Shown: in pieces, positions 41,192 through 52,445 of the stretch
Layout: each line of letters opens with the position of its first letter
Numbering within the stretch: the stretch's first letter is position 1
Source of the DNA: Utricularia gibba
Taxonomy: Eukaryota > Plantae > Magnoliophyta
DNA length: 64,000 nt
Direction of reading: 5' to 3'
Assembly: GCA_002189035.1 (NCBI GenBank)
Contig: CM007991.1
Location: forward strand, 4,774,001 to 4,838,000
Made by a program: the position numbers and the translations under genes
Notes under the pieces: generated by a model
Seen by the model: only the letters and a program-made list of their open reading frames with translations
Databases searched by the model: none
What the model was told of the DNA's origin: nothing

Positions 41192-41263
41192 AAGGATAAA
41201 GCTTAGTAGTAGAGTTTCATATTGACATGGTGGAAGTCACGAGTTTGAGTCTAATAACCCCAT
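41192..41263 (+). pseudogene. trnV-GAC: Plastid-type tRNA-Val(GAC) pseudogene
   Basis: AAGGATAAAGCTTAGTAGTAGAGTTTCATATTGACATGGTGGAAGTCACGAGTTTGAGTCTAATAACCCCA aligns to plastid trnV-GAC as recalled; downstream TGAGTTTTTCTATTT is also plastid-like; stems are broken. Confidence 0.8.
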
Positions 41264-41864
41264 ATGAGTTTTTCTATTTGAAGGGGAAAAATCTAGATGT
41301 CTCCTATGTTACCCATAATATGTGGAAGATGCTTTTGAACTATAATAAATTACTTTATTTGAATAGAAGGGATATAGTTAAATTTTCTGCTTAACTCTTT
41401 CCACAAAGTCAAAACAAAGGAGTAATCCATTTTTTGTATAATGAGATCAAAATGAATGCAAAATCATCATGTGCCAGGAAAAATTAGTACAAGAAAGCCG
41501 CATAATAGAATATTTTTACCACCTTATGCCATAGTAATTAATGTACCAATGAAATTAGTAATATTGCATGTGAACGTATTGAACAATAATAGAGAAGTAA
41601 AGACTGTAAAAATCCTTAATAGGTTCCTCCATCACTGCAAACCCAGATTAAATGGAGCAGGGAGCTAACACAACTAGTAATAGAGCTAAAAGAAGGGAAG
41701 CTCAATAGCATCTCTATGAAAATGATTTATTCGATATTATGGATGACTGAAGGATTATGAAACAAAGTTCAGAAACTCGAATTCTACAGAATCAAACCTA
41801 TGGGGATTGATTAAGAAAGGTCTATTGTTCGTATTACATGATTGCGTTATGCTCTAGCGAAATG

Positions 41865-41896
41865 TATTCTGGAATAATCTTTTTAGAAGGGACAAT
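41865..41896 (+). pseudogene. nad2: Mitochondrial nad2 micro-fragment
   Basis: TATTCTGGAATAATCTTTTTAGAAGGGACAAT encodes FWNNLFRRDN, matching plant mitochondrial NAD2 HLFWNNLFRRDNF from memory. Confidence 0.65.
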
Positions 41897-42612
41897 GTGA
41901 ATGGAAGATCCCTATAAATTGAATTCGACCTTGAATCTAAGAAACAGTAAAATTCAACAAATCAAGGTTCATCTCAGTTAGTGCTTCTGGACTCGTACAA
42001 GGAAATTGAGTAGATGGTTGATGTATGAGACTCGAGCCTATCTTTAGTAGCATGCATTCCCATCCGTGTCCCACCCCAGAAGAGTGCAGCTGCATGTCAT
42101 ATTTGATCCGAAGACCCAGAGCTAATTATCGACATTTTCGACTATCTGGACACATATTTCTAATTATTCTCTTTACCAAACATATTTGGTTCTAATCATA
42201 TAATAAGAACAAGAGATATTTCTCAATAAATCCCCTCATTCTTGGAGAATCAGAACTTATAATCATGAAATCAACTCAATCATCAGATTATAAGTTCATT
42301 CGGAACAGGGTTATCTTTCAAGAGGATTCACTCCATGTCAAGCCCCTCGTCCTCTAATTATCTCGAATAGTGTGTAAATCTAGATTGCACAATTTATCTA
42401 TTATGCCATTCATTAGCTTAATATTATTTCTCTGGAATTGAGTCTTTGATCGGACTCATTTACACATATGGCCATCCTTTCATTATCTTTCACATATCTG
42501 ATAAAATTTTTAAAAAGTGGATGGTCAGATTTTTAATAAACTTCTTTGATCCCAAAGAAGGGGGTTTCCTTTAGTATCCATCGTGAATTAATAAATAAGA
42601 GTGTTCATAGCA

Positions 42613-42643
42613 TTCTGAACCCAGCTCACGTACCCCTTTAATG
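42613..42643 (-). pseudogene. rrn23: 23S rRNA micro-fragment
   Basis: TTCTGAACCCAGCTCACGTACC.CTTTAATG is the reverse complement of the conserved CATTAAAGCGGTACGTGAGCTGGGTTCAGAA. Confidence 0.7.
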
Positions 42644-44240
42644 CGAGAAATTTCCAAACAATTAATTTCAATGAAATCTTTGATTTTTTTTATTTTGCTA
42701 TGCTCTGACCTTGATATGTAGAATCATCTTACACACCACCCATAATTCAATGAAGCGAGTCAAAGAGGGGAAAATATCTATCTAGTATGATATATGGAAT
42801 ATAAGACGAAAGTAATTGTTATTGATCGGTCATATAGACTCGAGTTGAACATCCAATTGCTTCGTCTTTGTTGCTGTCGGGAAAAGAATGATTGCCATTC
42901 CGTAGTCGGTCCTAATGAAGGGAAAACGTTGCAGCTTGTTGTATCCTCGCATCCTTTCCATTGTAAGTTTCCGATTAGCTCCTTGTTTTGAGATATTTTT
43001 ATTCAAGATCAAAAATATCGAAAACTGACCCCATGACATTGGTCTCGAACTAGAAGTGCAGTGCCAGTCTCGTACATAGGCAACATAGATTCATTACTGG
43101 GACTTCATTAGGTACAATTTGAGGGGTTTTCTAGGTTCATCCAATTTGAGGGGTCTTCCGAAACCACTCTTTTTTTTTTATCTTTGATCAGGATTTAGGG
43201 AAATATATCTACTCTGGCATTCAATTGAAATAACCTCTGTGCTATCAGAACAATAAACAACTACGACTACCTGTGCTTTTTTTTTCTCTTAACTTTTGTT
43301 TACATTTTTTTTAGAAGCTTTCATTTTTATCATTACATTAAAAATGAAATCCAATTTTTTAAAAAGTACAAACTGATCCCAACGTGTACCACGTATCTCG
43401 CTTAACTTTCTTATTATGTTCGCATTAATGATGGCCTTTTTCATCGTTAAAATTCATATTAAAAAGAATAAATCCATCGATTTGAGTGGGTTGGTAAGGT
43501 TTCAACAATTTCAGTTTCTCAATAAGAGATATGAAACATGCTCAGTATCATTTTTTGTTTCGTGTAATGTTATTAAAAAGGGAGATCTTGAATTTGTTAC
43601 CAACAATCCAATTCATTGTTTCGGTTTTTTCCGGCTTCCACAGCCATTCTCAATCCAATTCACTCCCTAAACTAACACAAGACCTGCTACAATAAATGAA
43701 ATAGTTCAATGCCTTTTGTGGGTTCCTGATTCTCCTGTAGCTGGTGCCTGCTGAAACCGATTAGAACCAAATGCTCTCAATAAATATCTGTGCGGGGTAA
43801 CAAAGGCGGCCAAATCACTCATGGTATGATCTTCTTCTTCCTCGCTCCTCTCGTTCTTTTTGATGTATACAGAGCCTTGTCCTTTTGCATTCATTAAGAA
43901 CCCACCTCAAGATGAGTGCCCTCCTTTCTGGTATTGGCCATAATTCACAAGAACATTCTTCAGTCTTAGTAAGAGAGAGGGAATCCAGGCAAAATGAGAA
44001 TATGAATGATGAGCACAATTCAGAAGCATCTTATTATTGTTGGTGTGAACTTTGGAACGAGTTAAATGTGTACAAATCTTTCCATTTTCCAAGTCCACGG
44101 ATTGGTAGTTTAAGGCAATTTCTTGACATTGCACTCAATTTCTCATTTTGCACTGAAGATTGAAGAAATTTTTTAGTGAAACAAGAGAAATAAAAATAAT
44201 TCAAATGTAGAAGTGAAAGGTGTTAGTGTGAGGAATCTAT

Positions 44241-44283
44241 TCAATCAAATGATATTGAGTATGTTTCCCATCTCTTCTCCAGA
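44241..44283 (+). pseudogene. ycf2: ycf2 micro-fragment
   Basis: SNDIEYVSHLFSR vs Ycf2 SNDIEHVSHLFSR from memory. Confidence 0.7.
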
Positions 44284-44356
44284 GAAATACCCATATCCTA
44301 TGGAGCCCATTTTTGTTTGTGAAATGGAGCAAATATATCATTTTGATTGCTAAATT

Positions 44357-44385
44357 ATTAATATGGAATTATTTCCTCATGCTCA
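44357..44385 (+). pseudogene. ndhD: ndhD micro-fragment
   Basis: INMELFPHA vs NdhD INMELLPHAH. Confidence 0.55.
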
Positions 44386-44635
44386 GCTAATGATACGGTA
44401 ACTTCTGTAGAGACGTGAAGCTTCGGTATCATATAAATTATTTAGTGGAAAAAGTCTGGAATTCAAAAAAAAAAAAAAACGAAACTAAGGTCAGGTACTT
44501 CACTCCTGAGCTTGTTTACATTCACAATGAAATTTATAGTAAGAGAAAAATCCGTTGACTTCATAGAAGACGTCTTGTTGTTTTTAGCAAAATTGAAGTG
44601 GTCTAAATTTGGGACTTTTATCCGATTGTAATGTC

Positions 44636-44674
44636 CTTTTGTTTCAATTCTTTTGGAATAACCACAAACACTTT
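44636..44674 (+). pseudogene. ycf1: ycf1 micro-fragment
   Basis: LLFQFFWNNHKHF vs Ycf1 LLFHFFWNNHKHF. Confidence 0.75.
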
Positions 44675-46130
44675 TGATGTGCTACCAAAAAGCCGAGTCA
44701 GAAAGGCCGTGTTGGTTAGGGAATGGAGAGTGAGGGACTGTGTTTTATTTAATCTTTGAGTAATATCTTGGAATGAGAAAAATGTCTTAGATCCTTGTTA
44801 ATCCATATTACAATGTTATTTCCCTTATTTATATTAGTATTATTCAGGGTAAATACATTAAAGAGGGACGAATTCAACCAAACCTTTATTCAATATGTAT
44901 TTCTAAAATTAGTTTTTTTCAATTTCTAGGATCTTTTTCTTTTTTGGCTCGCGGGGCGTGTCCCCAGCCTCCCACCCCTTCGCCTCCATTCGTTTTTCTC
45001 ATTTTCTGTATCCCTTCTCCAATGTCACCATGTGAGTTTGTTTGTTTTTCTCTTCTGTTCTGTTCTTTTTTTTTCTTTTTTTTTTTTTTGGCTGAAGATG
45101 CTTTCTTGTTGAAATTATTCTTATAACGGGTCTGCACCTGCCACAAAAACAGGAAGGTCTTTCATGGTTTTGGGAACACTTGTGCGGATTTTCAAGAGAG
45201 TCTATGTTTGGTGAAGGAACTAAATGGTGATTCATCATAGATTCTACATCTTGAAACCAAGCCAGTGTTGTTCCTAGTTTAGGAACTAGAGTTATCAGTC
45301 TTATTGGTAGTGTTTGTTGGGGAGACTAAGCAGCTAATGGGACTCTTGTTCCCATTTCATCAACGGTGACTCATTATTTCAATGAATCATTTCTTCGGAC
45401 AATGGAATAAGATTCCTAAAACATTTCTTGGCAGACTAGGGTATGGCTATCTTACATACATTTTTTGTTCAATTGATTATTTTTGAGTATTTTTCTATTC
45501 TATTGATAGTAATAAAGAGAATCAAATTCATTCTATACTCGATGGGGACCAATGCGCAATGGCGATTGAGACCATTTTTATGAAGAAATGTGGAGATCAA
45601 TAGTACTTATTCGTAGAAATTTGATTTTTTTATCTTTTTTTTTTAAAATTCGTATACCACGTGAATATTGTTATAGCGATAAAATGAACCGTATAAAGAT
45701 AATGACTATGTTTTGTATTACTTATAAATTATTTTAAGTAATTATAAGTTATTTATAATATATAAAAGTGTTTTGTTTATTGGCTATAAGTGATTTTAAA
45801 TTATTACTTTAAGTTAATTATAAGTTGATTCTAAAAATAGAATAAACTTATTTTTCTTTTCAAATCAATTGAATTCTTGTAATTACTAAAATACTTGTAT
45901 TTATTATACCTATTTAAAATCAAAAATTGATTACATTTATGTTTGGATTTCCGTTTTCTCCATTCTCTCCCCTTACGATGATTATCAACAGTTCTGAAAA
46001 AGTGTTTTTATTTGAATTCACTCACTTGTGTTATTTAGATGTTGAAATTGAGTATTTCACATGTAAGTTTTCACATACATGCTTGATTATTATGATTTTG
46101 ATAATTATGTTGATAGTGACTTTACCTACC

Positions 46131-46366
46131 TTGTTTACTGAACTTGTTTACCACTATTAGTCCGAGCTTAGACTAAGACCTACTGTTATCCGAAATCTTG
46201 CATCTACTAAAATACTTAGCAAGCACAAGCTCTTCGTGATCGACCCCGACATCCACTATACAAGTTTTCTAAATTTGTATTTTGTGTAGATTAGGGATTA
46301 TAAATTTATTTGATATGGATTTTCTATTTTTACTTGCAACGATATTAGGAAAATTTCCATTTATCA
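46131..46366 (+). mobile_element. 3' end fragment of a family-B LTR
   Basis: Reverse complement of 9703-9950; includes GCAAGCACAAGCTCTTCGTGATCGACCCC and ends TTTATCA. Confidence 0.88.
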
Positions 46367-46955
46367 CAACGATAACTAATGAATCAACTAGACCTAGTGT
46401 TCTATTTTAGCATATAGCTAAAAAATCTCAAAGAAGAAAGATCGAGGAGTTGCTTGACATGAATTGTGTTTGATTCAAAATGAGTTTGTGTTTGTGTGGT
46501 GTTAATGCAAAAACAAAGACAACACCAAATTTAAGTGGAAACCCCGAAGGGAAAAATCACGGGCAAAACGTCACTCAAAGATGAACGGATTTTGGGGAAA
46601 TCCAATTACAACTACAAGCCATACTCATAAACTCAACTCACACACCCTAATCTTAGAACTCAACCTCCTTATATCTCGTAAATGGAGGTTAGTCTTTAAT
46701 GAAGAGATGGTTACCAAAATTTCGTAATTGATTGCTTATCTTAAACATGAGTCATAGCTTGTGGCTTGAAATAAGAAGAAATTGCCCCAACTAGGAAAAT
46801 GATGTTTTGTTCATTCCACAATGACTTCAATTGATCTCTCATCAATATTTCAACAAATTCCCCCCTTGATGGGAGATCACCGTGATCTCTCAAACAGAAT
46901 AATTCAATGAAGACTAGAGCCAGTTCAAATGAGTGACGTTTCCTCATGCCATTCA

Positions 46956-47220
46956 TCATTTCCGCTGAAGACCCATCAGGTCCAACAATTTTTGGAACAT
47001 GATGGAAGGGAGTGGCTTGGTTAAAGCATCTACTGCTCTCGTATCAAGGATATCCCTAATAAAGTGGTACCTTACATCAATGTGTTTCACCCTACTGTGA
47101 AACATGGGGTCCTTAGCCAAAGAGAGAGCGCTTTGGCTATCGCATACAATGCCTCTCATGGCCTCTTTCTTGTGTAGTTCAGAGAACAAGCCCTTCAGCC
47201 AAATTGCTTCCTTCACTGCC
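46956..47220 (-). pseudogene. Copia RNase H, 3' part
   Basis: AVKEAIWLKGLFSEL..VCDSQSALSLAKDPMFHSRVKHIDVRYHFIRD..DALTKPL. Confidence 0.92.
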
Positions 47221-47695
47221 AAAGCACAGTAGGTCCTTGGCCATCATAAGAGCGCTCAGCAAGGAACTCAACGCTCTCATGGTCTCTTCAGGTAAAGGGT
47301 CCTTGCTGTCCCGAATTTCTTCAAACATTGGCGTCAGAAGCTTCAGTGATCTAGCCAGATTCGTATATTGCTTCTTGACGCTGCTTCTATACTCAGATAT
47401 TGCAGATATTTCACCCACCAAATCGACTAGACTGAGCGATAAGGCGACTCGATCATCCTCCATTATCCGATCATTGACGTAGTGAGAGTTCAAGCTGCTG
47501 CCACAAATCCTCCATTATCCGGTGACGATTTGGAGCTCATCGTGGTGCACGAGACCAGCTAACTATCCGTTTCAATCCTCAACAAATCTCCGAACACTCA
47601 CCCGGATGCTGCAGTCAACGGGAAAACCCGAAAAGCTTAGCCAGATTAGCGCAAGCTGAGAGGTGGTATTGGTCGGGGTCCATGTCTCTCTCCTT
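47204..47695 (-). pseudogene. PUB13: Captured 5' fragment of a U-box/ARM E3 ligase gene (PUB12/PUB13/SPL11 class); CDS part 47204-47463, the rest putative 5' UTR
   Basis: MEDDRVALSLSLVDLVGEISAISEYRSSVKKQYTNLARSLKLLTPMFEEIRDSKDPLPEETMRALSSL..AKDLLCFGSEGS resembles Arabidopsis PUB13 N-terminus (..SLIDVVNEIAAISDYR..KKLCYNLARRLKLLVPMFEEIRES..GSKIYL) from memory. Confidence 0.85.
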
Positions 47696-49603
47696 TCCCC
47701 ATTTCTTGAGGAGTTTTTCGATCAATAGCAGTAGAGGGTGATCTATTAATGATAAAAGTGGCATAAGATGCTGCTTCTGCCCAAAACTTCTCATCCAGCT
47801 TAGCAGTGATCAACATACTTTGAACTCTTTCCATGATGGTTCGATTCATTCTTTCAGCCACCCCATTTTGTTGTGGGGTGTATCTATTTGTCTTATCTCT
47901 CAAAATTCCAGTAGCCTTGCAGAGTTCTTCAAAATCACCTAAACAAAACTCAAGGCCATTGTCTGTCCTAAGTTTCTTAACCTTCATATTTGTTTGATTT
48001 TCAATCATTATCTTGCACACTTTAAAAGTCTCTAAAGCCTCTGATTTATGCTTCAAAAAGAAGGTCCACAACTTTCTAGAGTAATCATCGACAATACTCA
48101 TCATATATACTGCTCCTCCCATAGATGGGCTATCTGTTGGCCCCCATAAATCAAAATGGATATAAGCTAAGGGGTGTGGGCTGTTGTGTATTCCTTTAGA
48201 GAACTTGATCCGTTTACTTTTTCCCAACACACAGCACTCATAGAAGTCCAGTTTACCTATTTCCTGCTCTTTTATCAAGCCTCTAGAACTTAATTCTTTC
48301 AGTCCTTGCTCACTCATGTGAGCTAGCCTATAATGCCACAATCTGGTTGTGTCACTCTCTGTTCTATCAGTGGTAATGTTAACATGACCCTTCTCCACTG
48401 TGCCCTATAATATGTAGAGGTTGCTTTGATTCCGAACTACTTTCATTACCACTAGTTTGCCCTTACAAACTTTGAGAGTTCCATCACAACCAGAAAATTT
48501 GAGACCTTTTTCCTCTAATGTACTTAGGGAAATTAGGTTTTTCTTGAGCTCCGGCACATGTCGAACATCAGTGAGTTATCTCACTATCCCATTGTGCATC
48601 TTGATTCTGATGTTGCCTATACCAGCAATCTTTCTTGAGGTGTTATCACCCATCACAATTTCTCCTGTCTCATGCCTTTCATAGGTAGAGAACCACTCTC
48701 GATTGGGGCATACATGGTAGGTGCACGCGCTGTCCAATATCCATGATTCACTTAATAGAGATAAGCCTTGTGACATTAGAGATAAGTGGGCTCCATTCTG
48801 GTTTAAACACTCAACAGCCAATACGTATCCATCATCATCACCATAAATGACATTGGCTTGACCATTATTTGTGTTCGTTGGCTTCCACTCTTTTTTCTCA
48901 GCATGAGCTTCTTTATTCTGAAGCTTATAGCAGTCCTTTTTTATATGCCCCTTTTTCTTGCAATAATTGCAGATTTTGTTGCGATGTCTACTCTTTGATC
49001 TATCTATCTTCTCATTTGATTGCTTTATTTCTTGAGAAATGTTTTCAGCTGCTCCTTTGACTCAAGCCATTCATAAACGTGATCTAAGCTGAGGGAGGTC
49101 TTTGAGTAGATGATGCTGTCTCTGAAAATTTCATAGGATGCAGGGAGAGAACACAATAGAATTAGAGCTAAATCTTCAAAGTCATACTTGACTCCAGCAG
49201 TATCCAAATCCACAATCATATCCTTAAATTTCGCAACATGTTCATCTAGAGAACCACCCTCTTGCAACTTGTGTGTATATAACCTTTTCTTTAAATGGAG
49301 CTTACTTGCCAAGGTTTTAGCCACACAAATTTGTTCCAGTTTGTCCCAGAGATCCTTGGTGGTCTTCTCTTTCGAAACGGCTGGCAACATGTCAGTAGAG
49401 AGATATAAATGGATGGTGGATCTTGCCTTCCTATCTCTGATTTCATTTTCCTCACTTGAAAAATTCTTGTTCATCTTCTCCTTTCCATCAATTACATCAT
49501 CCGGGTCTAGTTGTGTAAGCACAGCTTGCATCTGCATCTGCCATGTGACAAATCTTGTATTTTTCTTATCCAACTTTTGGATATCACACCTTACATTAGA
49601 CAT
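47696..49603 (-). pseudogene. Copia gag, protease and integrase, frameshifted; integrase cut after KTPQEM
   Basis: gag DRKARSTIHLYLS..LALILLCSLPASY; protease WILDSACTYHVCPNREWF; RLWHYRLAHMSEQGL; LRTDNGLEF..TPQQNGVAERMNRT. Confidence 0.95.
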
Positions 49604-50539
49604 ATCCGATGATCGGCTTCTTCACTAAACCTGTTTATATCAAAATCACCACAAACACAAAGTATGGCAGCAATAACACTCCACAAAAAGAACCACAACA
49701 CATAGATATTCACAATATCAATCCAAAAGTGAATATCACAGCCACAAGCTACAACCTGCTCTGATACCAATTGTTCTATTTTAGCATATAGCTAAAAAAT
49801 CTCAAAGAAGAAAGATCGAGGAGTCGCTTGACATGAATTGTGTTTGATTCAAAATGAGTTTGTGTTTGTGTGGTGTTAATGCAAAAACAAAGACAACACC
49901 AAATTTACGTGGAAACCTCGAAGTGAAAAAACCACGGGCAAAACGTCACTCAAAGATGAACGGATTTTGGGGAAATCCAATTACAACTACAAGCCATACT
50001 CATAAACTAAACTCACATACCCTAATCTTAGAACTCAACCTCCTTATATCTCAAAAATGGAGGTTAGTCTTTAGTGAAGAGAGGGTTACCAAAATTTCGT
50101 CTTGGAAGAGCTTTTCTATAGCTGAATACCGACACATCAGCTATAGGGTTGTTGACAAATAGAAAGCAATCAAATCAATTGATTGCTTATCTTAAACATG
50201 AGTCATAGCTTGTGGCTTGAAATAAGAATAAATGGCCCCAACTAGGAAAATGATGTTTTGTTCATTCCACAATGACTTCAATTGATCTCTCATCAATATT
50301 TCAACACCTAGGATAATAAGTTCAGAGCTTGGTCTTGCTTCACCATCAAGAAGTGAAAGAGGGCTTTGTCCCCAAGTTTAACTCAAACACAGCTCCTTTT
50401 TGTTTTGAGTGTGGTGGTGTCAAAAAAAATATCCAACAAGCATTAGCTCTCCCTAAAAAGGGATGATCCCATCGCACCTTACCCAAGGAAGTAAAGCACA
50501 CAGTGCTACTCTGTTATGAACAAAGATATCTTTGGAGGG

Positions 50540-50830
50540 TAATGTGGATTATCCTGATCTCACGATTGTGAAATTATCTAGTGCTCAACAAGGTCTAGAG
50601 TGAAGAGTTAATGCTAGGGATCAAGTGATTGAATGAGAATTGAAGGCTCTCTATGTCAGCTCTCCATACACCAAACATGTGAAAGCCAATGGAAAGAAAC
50701 CTGGACCAAGGCAAAGAGAATAAGAAGAAAGACAAGGAAAAGTTTTCTCCATGTAGACATTGCAAACAAAGCTCTCATTATTAGAATTATTCCTATTGGA
50801 GGCGAGATGTCCAGTGCAAAATATAGCATA
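50540..50830 (+). pseudogene. Copia gag fragment with zinc-knuckle region
   Basis: KKKDKEKFSPCRHCKQSSH..YWRRDVQCK resembles the copia FPPC.HC..GH..CW.RPD.KC motif. Confidence 0.55.
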
Positions 50831-50862
50831 GCGACCTTGTTTGCTATCAATGTCTCCCCCTT

Positions 50863-51231
50863 AGGAACACATCTCAATACTTTTGTACAGTACTGCTGCT
50901 AACCAACCCGGCTTTTAAAAATTTTAAAATATTTTTGCTACTCAAGAACACATCTCAAAGTTTATTCAATATACCAAATGTATGTGCTACTCAAGAACAC
51001 ATCTCAAAGTTTATTCAATATACCAAATGTATGTGCTACTTAAGAACACATCTCTAAGTTAAGAACACATCTCTAAATTAAGAAAATATATTTGAGATGT
51101 ACAATACTTTTTCTACTTAAGAACACATCTCAAAGTATAACATGGTCTATGTGCTCTTGAAAATATATTTGAGATGTACAATACTTTTGTATTAATGCTG
51201 CTAACCAACCCGGCTTTTAAAATTTTAAAAA
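50863..51231. repeat. Compound repeat array built on GAACACATCTC
   Basis: Motif at 50865, 50946, 50995, 51044, 51063 and 51121; 49-bp tandem unit; ~55-bp direct repeats at 50875 and 51179. Confidence 0.92.
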
Positions 51232-51399
51232 ATATATAAAAGTATATAGATAAAATATAAGTACATATTTATAAGACCCTAATCTCACCTCTCACTCTCC
51301 CCTTTTCATGCTATCTCCTCTTATGATGCTCTCAAAGTCTTATACTTTACATACTCACCCTGTGAAAACTATTTGAAAGCTAGATTAGGCAACTTGAGT

Positions 51400-52445
51400 T
51401 ACACTGAGTAAGCTTGTTGTGAACTTTGGTACATGACCGTGTCTGAAATTTCCAGAACAGCCAAGTGGGTTGACAAGTTTACAGTACCTTTACCCACAAC
51501 AACAAAATAGCTGCCATCACCAATTCAAACTGAGGACTTGTAAGCAAGAACCAATGATAGAAATTGAAATCTATCCCCAGCCATGTGAGAGGTGAAACCA
51601 GAATCCACCATCCATTGTTCCACAGAAGCCTAAAAGCACTCTTCCATGACAAACACATGTTAGATCATCCACGGGAGTGTCTTCATCATAAAAGACATTG
51701 TTGACTTGATTTTCTTGATTAAAATTCTTCATTGTGGATATAGACGTGGTGCACACCCTGTCAACATGCCAAAGAGTCTTGCACTTTCCATAGAAAGCAT
51801 CCGGTCGATAAAAACAATATTCACTAGAATGATTTGATTTTCTACAAAACTAGAAAGGTGGAAAACTGAGCCTTTGTTTGATAGGCAAACACTTGACTTT
51901 TCCCCCAGTTTTGCTGACAGATAAGGTCTTTTTATTCCCTTTAAAATTACTCATCTTATCAGCATGAGCCACAAGAGCCTTTTCCACACCAGCCATGTGA
52001 GACTTATCTAAGGCCAATTACTATTATGGTCAATTACTGACCACATCCATGATGCAATCTATATAGCCTTTTAGGAAATCAGACTCAACCATGCGTAAAC
52101 ATTCAAATTGTCTTCTTAAGGTGAAGACTCGCATGTACTTGGTGCAATCATTCCCTTTGAATTCTTCCTCAATCAGATACCATGCCTCACGAGCAGTTTC
52201 AGCCACCATGATCCTTGTAAAAACCGAATCGTCCACAGCTTTATGAGTCAAACTAAGAGCATGATCCCTCCTTACTAAATGTTCTTTGTGCGCTATTACT
52301 TGAGCCGGAGTAGCATTGGTCCTCAAAAGAGGTGCCTCACTTTCTTCAATAGCATCCCAAAGCTGCTGCCCACCTAGATAAGTTCACATTTTTACAGTTC
52401 AGGCATGATAAAGCTCTCCATTGAACCATGGAGTAGCATGAGAGT
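51400..52445 (-). pseudogene. Copia gag-protease remnant
   Basis: PWFNGELY..LWDAIEE..HKAVDDSVFTRIMVAETAREAW..LRRQFECLRM; WMVDSGFTSHM at ~51580-51620. Confidence 0.85.

Larger units (their letters stand above)
41190..45650. other. Mosaic of short degraded organellar DNA fragments (NUPT/NUMT) mixed with unassigned sequence
   Basis: Recognised pieces: trnV-GAC, nad2, plastid IR spacer-like 42181-42256, rrn23, ycf2, ndhD, ycf1; much of the sequence between them is unassigned. Confidence 0.7.
46398..50306 (-). mobile_element. Tork/Tnt1-like copia element, RT-less, with captured host fragment; both LTRs, TSD, PBS and PPT intact
   Basis: LTRs 49772-50306 and 46398-46855, about 13 substitutions in 458 bp plus a 76-bp indel; TSD CCTAG on both sides; PBS TGGTATCAGAGC 49758-49769; PPT AAGGGGGGAATT next to 46856. 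Confidence 0.96.

Noticed and set aside
41192-41263. Functional tRNA, and functional rRNA at 53429 and 42613
   Set aside because: Stems are mismatched and the rRNA pieces are short and deleted; these are organellar relics.
41440-41745. Hydrophobic ndh/nad-like remnant
   Set aside because: I could not match it to any recalled organellar gene; all frames have stops.
42830-43039. ndhF from LFPTATK
   Set aside because: Only seven residues match and the flanks do not fit NdhF.
50863-51231. CRISPR-like repeat-spacer array
   Set aside because: Spacers are themselves repeated, the context is eukaryotic TE DNA, and there are no cas genes.
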